Assembly: GCA_963558795.1 (NCBI GenBank) | Contig: CAUWIH010000001.1 | Location: forward strand, 3,546 to 67,545 | DNA length: 64,000 nucleotides | Direction: 5' to 3' | From: an uncultured Megamonas sp. | GTDB lineage: Bacteria; Bacillota; Negativicutes; Selenomonadales; Selenomonadaceae | Part shown: positions 20,113 through 29,840 of the stretch, piece by piece | Position numbering within the stretch: position 1 is the first letter of the stretch | Layout of the letters: each line of letters starts with the position of its first letter | Program-made: the position numbers and the translations under genes | The notes under the pieces: model-generated | The model's input: only the letters and a program-made list of their open reading frames with translations | Told to the model about the DNA's origin: nothing | The model's database searches: none

Positions 20113-21735
20113 ATGGATGGCCAAACAAAAATTTCTTTAATAGAACTTGCGCAAAAAGAGCAGAAAAATCATAAAAGTTTGATAACAGCAGTAAGAGTAA
20201 ATAATGTTGTTCGTGATTTACAAACTAATGTAAGTGATAAAGATAAGCTAGAATTTATCGATATGAGCACTGAAGACGGTATGCAGGCTTATCAACGTAG
20301 TGTATTATTTTTGATGATGTCGGCTGTAAATTTATTATATCCAGATAAAGATGTAGTAGTAGAACATTCAGTAAATAATGGTATTTATTGTGAATTATTG
20401 CCTAAAGGCGATTTAACAGCTGAAATGGTAGATAATATACGTGAAAAAATGTTAGAAATTGTAAATAAAGCCAAAGAAATAAGAAAAGGGTCTTTACCTC
20501 GTGAGGATGCTGTGGCATTGTTTAGAGAATCTCAACAAATTGCAAAAGCAAAATTAATAGAATCTTTACCACAAGAATCAGTGAGTTTATATTATTGTGG
20601 TGGATATTATGATTATCTTTATGGACCAATGGTATATAATACATCTTTGTTAGATAAATTTGCGATTGATTTTTATGAACCAGGATTAATTGTACGTACA
20701 CCATTAAAAACGAATCCAGTAGAAGTACCACCATCAATGAAGCAAAAAAAATTATCGATGATATTATCTGAAGCAGATAAATGGGCTAATATTTTAAAAT
20801 GTAATTATGTTACGAATTTAAATGAATATATTAATAAACATAATGTTAGTGAATTGATTCGTATATCAGAAGCGTTACATGAAAAGAAAATAGCACAAAT
20901 AGCAGACCATATTGTTGATGATATAAATAATTTACGTTTAATCTTGATAGCAGGTCCATCTTCTTCAGGAAAAACAACATTTGCGCAAAGATTACGTATT
21001 CAATTATTAGTAAATGGTATAAATCCGATATCAATTTCTTTAGATGATTATTTTTTAGATAGAGCACATACGCCAAAAACTCCTGAGGGAGAATATGATT
21101 TTGAATCGGTAAATGCTTTAGATATAGAGTTATTCAATCAACATATGGTAGCACTGTTAAATGGTGAAGAAGTAGAAATACCTGTATATAATTTTGTTAC
21201 AGGAACACGTGAATGGAAAGGTAATGTAGTAAAATTAGAGCCAAATCAACCAATTATTATTGAAGGTATTCATGGATTAAATGAAGAACTTACACGTGAT
21301 GTTCCAAGTGATAAAAAATATAAAATTTATATAAGTGCATTAACACAATTAGCAATTGATGGTCATAATCGCATACCAACAACAGCTGCTCGTCTTATTC
21401 GTCGTATTGTACGTGATAATCAATTTAGAGGAACACAAGCATTAGGCACAATAAAACAATGGCCAGATGTACGCAAAGGCGAAGAAAAAAATATTTTTCC
21501 ATATCAAGAAAATGCTGATATAATGTTCAATTCAGCATTAATATATGAACTTGGAGTATTAAGAAAATATGCAAGACCATTATTAATGAAAATAACTTCC
21601 GAAATACCAGAATATAGTATTTCTAAGCGTTTAACAGATTTTCTTGACTATTTTGAAGATATTACAAATGAAGAAGATATCCCGAATAATTCTATTTTAA
21701 GGGAATTTATCGGTGATTCATGTTTTTTTAAATAA
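20113..21735 (+). CDS. Nucleoside (uridine) kinase fused to an N-terminal ThrRS-like TGS/editing region
   Basis: N-terminus resembles ThrRS N1/N2 (AVRVNN, YQRS, NGIYCE). C-terminus has P-loop AGPSSSGKTT, ISLDDYF and EGIHGLN. Confidence 0.8.
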   Translation: MDGQTKISLIELAQKEQKNHKSLITAVRVNNVVRDLQTNVSDKDKLEFIDMSTEDGMQAYQRSVLFLMMSAVNLLYPDKDVVVEHSVNNGIYCELLPKGDLTAEMVDNIREKMLEIVNKAKEIRKGSLPREDAVALFRESQQIAKAKLIESLPQESVSLYYCGGYYDYLYGPMVYNTSLLDKFAIDFYEPGLIVRTPLKTNPVEVPPSMKQKKLSMILSEADKWANILKCNYVTNLNEYINKHNVSELIRISEALHEKKIAQIADHIVDDINNLRLILIAGPSSSGKTTFAQRLRIQLLVNGINPISISLDDYFLDRAHTPKTPEGEYDFESVNALDIELFNQHMVALLNGEEVEIPVYNFVTGTREWKGNVVKLEPNQPIIIEGIHGLNEELTRDVPSDKKYKIYISALTQLAIDGHNRIPTTAARLIRRIVRDNQFRGTQALGTIKQWPDVRKGEEKNIFPYQENADIMFNSALIYELGVLRKYARPLLMKITSEIPEYSISKRLTDFLDYFEDITNEEDIPNNSILREFIGDSCFFK

Positions 21736-21760
21736 GCTTAGAGTATAAAAATTATAAAAG

Positions 21761-21800
21761 ATAAAGCCCTATGAATTTATGAATTCATGGGGCTTTATTT
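21761..21800. terminator. Bidirectional terminator
   Basis: ATAAAGCCCTATGAATT...AATTCATGGGGCTTTAT inverted repeat between convergent genes. Confidence 0.75.
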
Positions 21801-21811
21801 ATAGTTTTAAA

Positions 21812-22687
21812 TTAATAACAATTTTTATTACAATTACTACAGCCATTGCAGATAATTTTACTAGCACACATATAGCATTTTTGTTTATATTGTTTTTGAT
21901 AATATTTATCCTCAGATATGTTTCGACCAAAATTATCGTATAATTTAAAATTAATTTTTTCACCTTGATAATTCATACCAGATTTAAAAGCCATTTTACT
22001 TTGCAATTCTTTATGTGGTAAGTGATATATTTTTTTATCTTTCATAAATATTGTACCTGTTTCCATAAAACAAAATGTAATATTTTCTTGTACACAATCT
22101 GCACGTAATTTTTTTATCCAATCAAAATTACAAATTCTAGCACCATTATAGTTTTCGCCACCACAAATTACTTGTTGTATCTGTTTAGTTTGTAAGTATT
22201 TTAAGATATTTATTTCACTTAGTATAGGAGCACAAATAATCCCTTTATGTTTAAATGGTAAATCTAATAGTATCGGAATACGTTCATCTGCTCGTTGTTG
22301 ATTTTCACAAGTTACATGTAAAAAAACATTTTCCCAACCATCATGCCAATTATTTGGTAAACATTTATAAATACGTTCAGCTCGTTTAGTTATGAGGATA
22401 AAAATAACATCAGGTCTAGAATGAATGATTTGCCAAGCCTCTTCTCGCCAATTATCAGCCTTGTCTAAGAAAAAATCAGAAGTCATACATACACGAATAG
22501 ATTCACCACTTTTTATTTTGTATTCGCCATGACGATTTTTAGCCAAAGGATAATAAAAATTATTTTTTACTTTATAGATATAGGCACCACTATTACCACG
22601 AATTTTATCAAGATAATACATATAGCAGTTTTTACAGCCTTCACTATATTTTATACAACCATGCCATGGATTCCAAATATCATGCAT
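21812..22687 (-). CDS. DUF5131 / phage Gp37-Gp68-like radical-SAM-like protein with Cys-rich tail
   Basis: WNPWHGC..SEGCKNCY (Cx6CxxC), MTSDFF, LITKR, VICGGE; C-terminal CYMC..IICNGCSNCNKNC. Confidence 0.75.
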   Translation of the reverse strand: MHDIWNPWHGCIKYSEGCKNCYMYYLDKIRGNSGAYIYKVKNNFYYPLAKNRHGEYKIKSGESIRVCMTSDFFLDKADNWREEAWQIIHSRPDVIFILITKRAERIYKCLPNNWHDGWENVFLHVTCENQQRADERIPILLDLPFKHKGIICAPILSEINILKYLQTKQIQQVICGGENYNGARICNFDWIKKLRADCVQENITFCFMETGTIFMKDKKIYHLPHKELQSKMAFKSGMNYQGEKINFKLYDNFGRNISEDKYYQKQYKQKCYMCASKIICNGCSNCNKNCY

Positions 22688-22855
22688 TTTTGTCTCCTAT
22701 TAAGATTAATCTAGATTTGTATAGTTAGATAAATTAATTTTATTTAGTATAGCATAATTTAAATAAAAAAATAATGAATAATCCAATAAGTTGCTACATA
22801 TACAAAAAAAGAGTAAAATCATTAGTAAGCGACTTTTTATATAAGAGGTGTTTTT

Positions 22856-23941
22856 GTGATAAATCTATTAGATAAAATAGAAGAAAAAATTTTAAATAAT
22901 CAACGTTTAACCAAAGAAGATGGATTGGCATTATTTGCGTCTAACGATCTTGCACGTATTGGTTATTTAGCTGATTTAGTACGTAAACGTATTAGTGGAG
23001 ATTATGTATATTATAATGTGAATTGTCATTTGAATTTGACGAATATTTGTACTGCACTTTGTGATTTTTGTGCTTTTGGTTGTGAAGCTACGGATAAAAA
23101 AGCTTACGCAATGACTATGGAGCAAATTTATAATAAAGTGGCTAATGCATGTAAAGACCCTAGCATGAGAAATTTGCATATTGTAAGTGGTCTACATCCA
23201 GATTGGCCATTTAGTTATTATGTAGATATTATAAAAATGCTAAAAAGAGAATTTCCGCATTTACATTTAAAAGGTTTTACAGGTGTAGAGATTACACATT
23301 TTGCTAAAATATCAGGAAAATCTATTCGTGAAGTGCTTACAGAGTTGAAAGAAGCAGGTATTGAGGCTATGCCTGGTGGTGGTGCAGAAATCTTAAACGA
23401 TAGAATTCGCCAAAAACTTTGTCCCAATAAAGCTACAGCAAAAGAATGGTTAGAAGTATCAAGAACTGCACATCAATTAGGTATAAAAACTAATGCGTCA
23501 ATGCTTTATGGTCATATTGAAACAATTGAAGAACGTGTCGACCATTTACTTACATTACGTGCTCTTCAAGATGAAACAGGCGGTATTCAGACATTCATTT
23601 GTTTCCCATTCCACCCAGCTAATACCAAATTAGGAAAAACAGTTGCACGTACAAATGTTTGGGATGATTTAAAAACAATGGCTATTTGTCGTTTAATGTT
23701 AGATAATATCCATAATATTAAGGCTTATTGGGTTATGCTTACTTTACCAATAGCACAATTGGCCTTGGGCTTTGGAGCTAATGATATTGATGGTACTATT
23801 AGCGAAGAAAAAATCATGCATGATGCAGGAGCAAATTCGCCAAAAGCAATGACTCAAGATAAATTAATAGATTTAATCAAACAAACAGGCAGAATTCCTG
23901 CTGAATGTGATTGTAATTTTAATATTATTAAAACTTATTAA
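22856..23941 (+). CDS. mqnE: Aminofutalosine synthase MqnE-like radical SAM enzyme, copy 1
   Basis: NLTNICTALCDFCAF (CxxxCxxC), MPGGGAEI, MLYGHIET, HPANT, NIKAYWVM, NDIDGT. Confidence 0.8.
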   Translation: MINLLDKIEEKILNNQRLTKEDGLALFASNDLARIGYLADLVRKRISGDYVYYNVNCHLNLTNICTALCDFCAFGCEATDKKAYAMTMEQIYNKVANACKDPSMRNLHIVSGLHPDWPFSYYVDIIKMLKREFPHLHLKGFTGVEITHFAKISGKSIREVLTELKEAGIEAMPGGGAEILNDRIRQKLCPNKATAKEWLEVSRTAHQLGIKTNASMLYGHIETIEERVDHLLTLRALQDETGGIQTFICFPFHPANTKLGKTVARTNVWDDLKTMAICRLMLDNIHNIKAYWVMLTLPIAQLALGFGANDIDGTISEEKIMHDAGANSPKAMTQDKLIDLIKQTGRIPAECDCNFNIIKTY

Positions 23942-23973
23942 TAGACTATTTTATTATTTTGGAGAAAAGTTTT

Positions 23974-25050
23974 ATGTTAATTGAACAACAAGCAATAAAT
24001 AAAGCTAAAAATGGCGAACGTCTTAATTTTGAAGAGGCACTATATTTATATGAAAATGCAAGTACTTTAGATTTAGCTACATGGGCGAGAACAGCAAAAG
24101 AACGTCATAGTGGTAAAGATGTTTTTTATAATATTAATCGTCATATCAATCTTTCTAATATTTGTACAGCAGATTGTCCATTGTGTGCATTTTCTTGTAA
24201 TGAAGGGGAAAGTCAAGGATTTGTATTGACTAAAGAAGATGTTGAACAAAAAATAAAAGATACTATTCAAGAAGTACAAGGGCTTACTGAAATTCATATT
24301 GTAAGTTCTTTACATCCAACAAATGATTTTAATTATTATGTAGAAATATTAGAGTCTATAAAAAAATTATTACCAAATGTGCATATTCAAGCATTTACTC
24401 CAGTAGAAATTGTGCATTTTAGTAAAATATCTGGATTGTCGATTAGTGAAGTATTGAAAAAACTACAAGAAGTAGGATTAGATTCGTTACCTGGTGGCGG
24501 TGCTGAAATTTTAGATGATAGCGTTCGTGCAAAAATTTGTCCTAATAAAGCCAATACTAAAGAATGGATTGAAGTAATTAAGACTGCTCACAAAATGGGT
24601 ATGAAAACTAATGCGTCGGAATTATATGGTCATGTTGAAAATATTAAGCAACGTTTAGCCCATTTATTTACGCTACGAGATATTCAAGATGAAACAGGAG
24701 GATTTCAAGCATTTATTTCATTTCCTTTTCACCCAGCGAATACAAAATTTCCTGATATAACGCCAGTAAGCTCTACTGAAAGTTTACGTTTTATTGCGAT
24801 TTCTCGTTTAGTTTTGGATAATTTTGCGCATATAAAAGCTTTTTGGATGATGCTTACTATGCCGATAGCTCAATTAGCCTTAGCTTTTGGTGCTGATGAT
24901 TTAGATGGAACAGTAGAAGAAGAGCAAATAATTCATGCTGCCGGAGCAAAAACTGGTCAAAAAATGACAATTACAAGGCTTGCCAAAATTATCAGCGAAA
25001 CAGGATATATTCCTGTACAGCGTGATTCTTTATATCATAAATTGAAATAA
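23974..25050 (+). CDS. mqnE: Aminofutalosine synthase MqnE-like radical SAM enzyme, copy 2
   Basis: NLSNICTADCPLCAF, LPGGGAEI, LYGHVE, HPANT, HIKAFWMM, DDLDGT. ATG at 23974 after GGAG. Confidence 0.75.
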   Translation: MLIEQQAINKAKNGERLNFEEALYLYENASTLDLATWARTAKERHSGKDVFYNINRHINLSNICTADCPLCAFSCNEGESQGFVLTKEDVEQKIKDTIQEVQGLTEIHIVSSLHPTNDFNYYVEILESIKKLLPNVHIQAFTPVEIVHFSKISGLSISEVLKKLQEVGLDSLPGGGAEILDDSVRAKICPNKANTKEWIEVIKTAHKMGMKTNASELYGHVENIKQRLAHLFTLRDIQDETGGFQAFISFPFHPANTKFPDITPVSSTESLRFIAISRLVLDNFAHIKAFWMMLTMPIAQLALAFGADDLDGTVEEEQIIHAAGAKTGQKMTITRLAKIISETGYIPVQRDSLYHKLK

Positions 25051-25091
25051 TAAATATAAAAAGTTAAATAAAATAAAATTTGAGGTGTAAA

Positions 25092-26123
25092 ATGAATAGA
25101 CTTTCTGATAAAGAAGCTATTGAACTTTTAAAATATGGCGATATTTTGACTTTAGGTCAAACAGCAAATGCAATTCGTCAAGAAAAACATCCAGGAAATA
25201 CTGTTACCTTTATTGTTGACCGTAATATAAATTATACGAATGTTTGCGTTAATGAATGTCGTTTTTGTGCATTTTTCCGTAGAGAAAATCATAAAGATGC
25301 ATATTTATTACCAATGGAAACTATTTTACAAAAAGTAAAAGAAACTAAAGAGGCAGGTGGTACTCAGATTATGCTCCAGGGTGGGTTACATCCATCATTG
25401 CCATTTAGTTACTATTTAGATATGATTAGCACTATAAAAAAAGAATTTCCAGAGATAGTGATACATTCGTTTTCGCCAGCTGAGATACTTCATTTTGCGA
25501 AGATTTCAGGTAAATCAATAAAAGATGTTTTATTAGATTTAAAATCAGCAGGACTTGCCTCACTTCCAGGTGGTGGAGCAGAAATTTTAGTTGACCGTGT
25601 ACGTAAAATCGTAAGTCCTAAAAAAATCATGACTGATGATTGGCTAAATGTTATGGATAATGCTCATTCCATTGGTATGGAAAGCACAGCAACTATGGTT
25701 TTAGGTCTAGGCGAAACAGTAGAAGAACGTATAGAGCATATGCGTCGTATCCGTGATTTACAAGATAAAACAGGTGGTTTTAGAGCATTTATTATGTGGA
25801 CATTTCAGCCAGGTAATACTGATTTAGGTGGCGAAAAATTTTCTTCATGGGAATATCTAAAAACTTTATCGGTAGCTCGTATGTATTTTGATAATGTAAG
25901 TCATATTCAAGGTTCTTGGGTAACACAAGGACAACAAATTGGACAAATTACTTTAGCTTTTGGTGCTGATGATTTGGGTAGTATTATGCTTGAAGAAAAT
26001 GTTGTACGTGCAGCAGGAACAGCTTATCAAATGTCTATCGATAAAATGGTAAATACTATAAATAAAGCTGGTTTTAAAGCAGCTCAACGTGATACAGAAT
26101 ACAATATTATTCGTCGTTTTTAA
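25092..26123 (+). CDS. mqnC: Cyclic dehypoxanthine futalosine synthase MqnC
   Basis: DRNINYTNVCVNECRFCAF, LQGGLHP, FIMWTFQ, HIQGSW, GSIMLEENV. ATG at 25092 after GAGGTG. Confidence 0.88.
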   Translation: MNRLSDKEAIELLKYGDILTLGQTANAIRQEKHPGNTVTFIVDRNINYTNVCVNECRFCAFFRRENHKDAYLLPMETILQKVKETKEAGGTQIMLQGGLHPSLPFSYYLDMISTIKKEFPEIVIHSFSPAEILHFAKISGKSIKDVLLDLKSAGLASLPGGGAEILVDRVRKIVSPKKIMTDDWLNVMDNAHSIGMESTATMVLGLGETVEERIEHMRRIRDLQDKTGGFRAFIMWTFQPGNTDLGGEKFSSWEYLKTLSVARMYFDNVSHIQGSWVTQGQQIGQITLAFGADDLGSIMLEENVVRAAGTAYQMSIDKMVNTINKAGFKAAQRDTEYNIIRRF

Positions 26124-26149
26124 ATAAATAAAAAATTAAGGAGTTTTTT

Positions 26150-26983
26150 ATGAATAAACAAATTATTCCACAAGCAGATTATGCAATTATTGGAGGCTCG
26201 GGGACTTTATCAAGTAATTTCCCTTTAGGTGCAAAATGTGATGATGTAAAAATTATTCAAGACCGTATGGTTTTTGATACACCTTATGGAAAAACTACAG
26301 AACTTCGTTTATTTGAAGTAGCTGGTATTCGCGTATTAACTTGTAAAATGCATGGTTGGCGTAGTGGTGTAAATCGTGCAGATGCATCTCGTCAATTATT
26401 TTGGACATTTCGTGAAGCAGGTGTAAAACGTATTTTCTCTGAAGGCGGAGTTGGTACAATTAATAAATTATTAGACCCAAGAGATTTTTTAATACCTGAT
26501 GATTATCTTGATATGTCTGTGCGAAAAGATGTAGGTCTTGAAGGTAAATATTTATTGGTTATGAGAGATGCACTTTGTCCGCAAATGCGTGAAGAATTAA
26601 TTAAGCAGACACGTAAACATTTTGATGGTAGAATTTTTACACGTGGAACTTATGCTAATACTGATGGTCGTCATTTTGAAAGCCCTGCAGAAATAGCTAT
26701 GCTTAATGGTCATGCAGATATTGTAGGTCAATCTATTTGTCCAGAAGTATATCTTGCTCGTGAAATTGGAGCTTGTTATGCGGGTCTTTATTATGTAGTA
26801 AATTATGGTGAAGGTATAAAAAAATGGTCACATCAAGTATTAGAAGATATCTTCTATGATGATGCTCCAATGATTAGTAAAATTTTATTAGACACTATTC
26901 GTTCTTTAGCTAAACAAGATAGAGAATGTGAATGTTTATCTTTACGCAAAGAAACTTTATTAAAAGGTATTTATGATGATTAA
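26150..26983 (+). CDS. MTAP/MTIP-fold nucleoside phosphorylase homologue with altered active site
   Basis: IIGGSG, PYG, HG, PDDYLD, FESPAE and PE..LAREIG.CYA identify the MTAP fold; several phosphate- and base-binding residues differ. Confidence 0.8.
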   Translation: MNKQIIPQADYAIIGGSGTLSSNFPLGAKCDDVKIIQDRMVFDTPYGKTTELRLFEVAGIRVLTCKMHGWRSGVNRADASRQLFWTFREAGVKRIFSEGGVGTINKLLDPRDFLIPDDYLDMSVRKDVGLEGKYLLVMRDALCPQMREELIKQTRKHFDGRIFTRGTYANTDGRHFESPAEIAMLNGHADIVGQSICPEVYLAREIGACYAGLYYVVNYGEGIKKWSHQVLEDIFYDDAPMISKILLDTIRSLAKQDRECECLSLRKETLLKGIYDD

Positions 26984-26995
26984 TAGATAAACTAG

Positions 26996-27046
26996 AAAAG
27001 CACATGAAAAGTTAAAATTATAATTAACTTTTCATGTGCTTTTTTT
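26996..27046 (+). terminator. Intrinsic terminator of the mqn operon
   Basis: AAAAGCACATGAAAAGTTAA...TTAACTTTTCATGTGCTTTT, 20-bp inverted repeat plus T run. Confidence 0.85.
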
Positions 27047-27149
27047 ATTAGTTATTTGTTTTAAATAGAAAATTTTAGCAAAGAAAATTTAAATAGTTTG
27101 CGATATTTTGTGATATAATAAAAATAATTTAAAAAATGGAGGAGAATTT

Positions 27150-27791
27150 ATGGTAAATATATATAAAATAGCTCTAGTTTGTTGTTTATTGATTGGTGTA
27201 TTTACAACAACTGCTTTAGCTAGTGTAGAAAGTGGTTATAAAGGTAATCAATCAAAAGGTTATAGTTTTGCTTATCCTATAGTAAATACAGAAGATAAGA
27301 AAGTGACTAAAGAGATAAATAACGACATTGAAAAACAAATGTTGGATTTAGAGAAAAAAATTAAAAATCATGTTTATAGTAAAGTCGATATGACATATTA
27401 TGAAAAATATGAAGATGACAATATTGTATCGTTGATGTTTTATGTAAATGCTAAAGCAAAATTTACAGAAGATGTAAAATTAAATGGCTATACGATTACG
27501 TATGATAAACATACAGGTGAACATGTGCCAATGAAAAAATATTTGAATATATCTTTAGAACAATTACAACAAGCCTTGAATAATAGTAGAGCATATGCTG
27601 TAGATGGCTTAGATAATGGTGTGAATTTAGCAAAAAAAATACCATATGTAAGTACAAATTATTTTATTTGTCATGATGGCTCAATTGGTCTTTTATACCA
27701 ACCAGGGGATTTGATGGATGTAAAAGATGGTGCTTGTAAAATAGTTATTTCACCAGAGACAATAAATGAAGTTAATCATTTAAATAATTAA
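27150..27791 (+). CDS. Secreted/periplasmic protein (DUF3298/RsiV-PdaC-like, tentative)
   Basis: Sec signal peptide ending TTALA; YP, INNDI, IVSL and TYDKHTGE pattern. Confidence 0.55.
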   Translation: MVNIYKIALVCCLLIGVFTTTALASVESGYKGNQSKGYSFAYPIVNTEDKKVTKEINNDIEKQMLDLEKKIKNHVYSKVDMTYYEKYEDDNIVSLMFYVNAKAKFTEDVKLNGYTITYDKHTGEHVPMKKYLNISLEQLQQALNNSRAYAVDGLDNGVNLAKKIPYVSTNYFICHDGSIGLLYQPGDLMDVKDGACKIVISPETINEVNHLNN

Positions 27792-27810
27792 TAAAAATGG
27801 TGGTGATACA

Positions 27811-29073
27811 ATGGAAAATTATGAGCCTTTGGCAATATTAGTTTTTATTGTATTTTTAGTAACAGTAGGATTAATTATTACCAAAAAAGTAGAGTTTGTA
27901 AGAGCATTGCCTGCTTTTGGGATAATTACAGCGATATTAGCAGGCGTACCTATTAGTGGTAGTGAAAACAGTATTGCTGATTTTGTGATTGTACAAGGGG
28001 CAACAAGCTTATCGGAAATAATGTTTATTTATATTTTAGCGATGATGTTTGCTTGCTTTTTATTAGATTGTGGTGTAGACAAAATCATTGATTATTTATT
28101 TATGCATTATTGTATAAATAATTTAAAATCAATTGTGTGGATAGTAAGTTTAATTGCAATATTATTATCTAGTGTTATAGCCAATTTAGGAGCTGTAATT
28201 TTAGTAGCGATAATATTTGTACCTATATTGTTAAAAATTGGTTTTAACAAGCAAAGTGCGGTAGCATTAATTTTATTATCAACATCTATAGGTAGTTGTT
28301 TAAATCCAGGATATCATTTGTTATATACTAAATTATTATTATGGGATATTGAACAGGTAAAAAATTATTATTATATCATGGCTACTTTTGGTATGATAGC
28401 GCTGATTACTTTTATTGGGATAAATATAAAATATGTAAATGGACAAAATTGTAATACTGTAGAAAAAATGAAAGTAAATTGGCCATTATTATTAGTTATT
28501 ATTATTCCAGTAGTTATAATGATGATATTTAATCTAAATATTGAATGTGCGATTATTTTAGCATTATCATATGGATTGTTAGTAAATGGCTCGAAAAATC
28601 CATTTATGGATATGTTAGAATTATTAAAATTAGCGATAGCACAATCAATAAATGTGATAATTTTATTAGCGTCAGTAGGGATTTTTATGCATGCCGTAAA
28701 GACTCCTGAAGTAATAAATTTAATGGCACCGTTACTTTTAAAATTAATGCCTAATACGCCAATACAATGTTTGTTATTTTTTACTGTTTTATCACCATTA
28801 GTACTCTATAAAGGCCCATTTAATTTACAAGGTATGGGTGCGGGATTAAGTTCTGTAATTATAGCATCAACTAGTATGAATCCGATGGTTCTTGCTATGG
28901 CTTTGTTATCGTTAAATAATTTACGAAAAATGATGGACCCTTTGGATACACAAAATATAGCTTTAATGCAATATGTAGAAGTAGATACAAATTTAGTAAT
29001 AAAGAAAATATTACCATATGCTTTGGGAATAAATTATTTTATGTTGTTTTATGCCTTAGTTGCAGTAATTTAA
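27811..29073 (+). CDS. Polytopic membrane transporter (ion-transporter superfamily, organic-acid permease-like)
   Basis: About 11-12 hydrophobic segments, SIGSCLNPG and PLVLYKGP; substrate unknown. Confidence 0.6.
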   Translation: MENYEPLAILVFIVFLVTVGLIITKKVEFVRALPAFGIITAILAGVPISGSENSIADFVIVQGATSLSEIMFIYILAMMFACFLLDCGVDKIIDYLFMHYCINNLKSIVWIVSLIAILLSSVIANLGAVILVAIIFVPILLKIGFNKQSAVALILLSTSIGSCLNPGYHLLYTKLLLWDIEQVKNYYYIMATFGMIALITFIGINIKYVNGQNCNTVEKMKVNWPLLLVIIIPVVIMMIFNLNIECAIILALSYGLLVNGSKNPFMDMLELLKLAIAQSINVIILLASVGIFMHAVKTPEVINLMAPLLLKLMPNTPIQCLLFFTVLSPLVLYKGPFNLQGMGAGLSSVIIASTSMNPMVLAMALLSLNNLRKMMDPLDTQNIALMQYVEVDTNLVIKKILPYALGINYFMLFYALVAVI

Positions 29074-29077
29074 TACA

Positions 29078-29119
29078 AAAAAAGCATTTTCTATAAATTC
29101 ATATAGAAAATGCTTTTTT
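29078..29119. terminator. Bidirectional terminator
   Basis: AAAAAAGCATTTTCTATA...TATAGAAAATGCTTTTTT perfect 18-bp inverted repeat. Confidence 0.85.
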
Positions 29120-29130
29120 ATTTTAGCTAA

Positions 29131-29820
29131 TTATTTTTTACTTACAGGTTCAATATCTTCTTTAACCCATAATTCATTATGTTCTTTAGCAATGTGCATA
29201 GCTAAACGACCATTACCAAACATACAGATAAATTCTTTCCAGTTATAAATACCGAGAGGAATATGACCAAATACGACACAAAGAGTAAGACCAATACCTA
29301 CTACTAAATGAATCATATCAGCCCAATAAGCGATTTGTTTTGGTACAAGTGGTAATGCGATATATAAAATTAGACCAGTTACAACAATGATGATAGTACC
29401 AAAGAATACCATAACACCCATCATTTTTTGTCCAGAGTTCATTTTACGCATTGGAGGAACAGGGATTTTTTTCCCTAAAAACATTTTCTGTGGATAACCG
29501 CCACCCACTTTGAGCCAGTCAACATCGCGTTTGCTCCAATCAAAGATTTCACGCCAGAAAGCAGCAACACGTTTTGGTTGGAAGAAGAAAAACCAAACAC
29601 AAGAAAGTGTTAAAATCCATGCACCGATAATATGAATTTGCATCACAAGATGCATAAAAGAATCACCTAAAGGGTAACCGAAAGAATATAAGAACGGACG
29701 TAAGAATAATACAATTCCAGTAAATGCGGCAGGCAAGAAGCCTAGAACAAGACACCAGTGAAATAATCTAGTCGCTAAGGAGTGTTTTAATACAATAGCG
29801 TTATTATCAAAATCTTGCAT
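29131..29820 (-). CDS. Di-heme cytochrome b membrane anchor (FdnI/HyaC-like) of the hydrogenase
   Basis: Four TM helices with His in RLFHW, QIHI, MIHL and FGHI; KMNSGQK loop. Confidence 0.85.
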   Translation of the reverse strand: MQDFDNNAIVLKHSLATRLFHWCLVLGFLPAAFTGIVLFLRPFLYSFGYPLGDSFMHLVMQIHIIGAWILTLSCVWFFFFQPKRVAAFWREIFDWSKRDVDWLKVGGGYPQKMFLGKKIPVPPMRKMNSGQKMMGVMVFFGTIIIVVTGLILYIALPLVPKQIAYWADMIHLVVGIGLTLCVVFGHIPLGIYNWKEFICMFGNGRLAMHIAKEHNELWVKEDIEPVSKK

Positions 29821-29840
29821 GATTGCCTCCTTGTATACAA

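Noticed and set aside
21812-22687. Prophage remnant around the Gp37/Gp68-like gene
   Set aside because: No integrase, structural genes or att-like repeats; flanked by metabolic genes.
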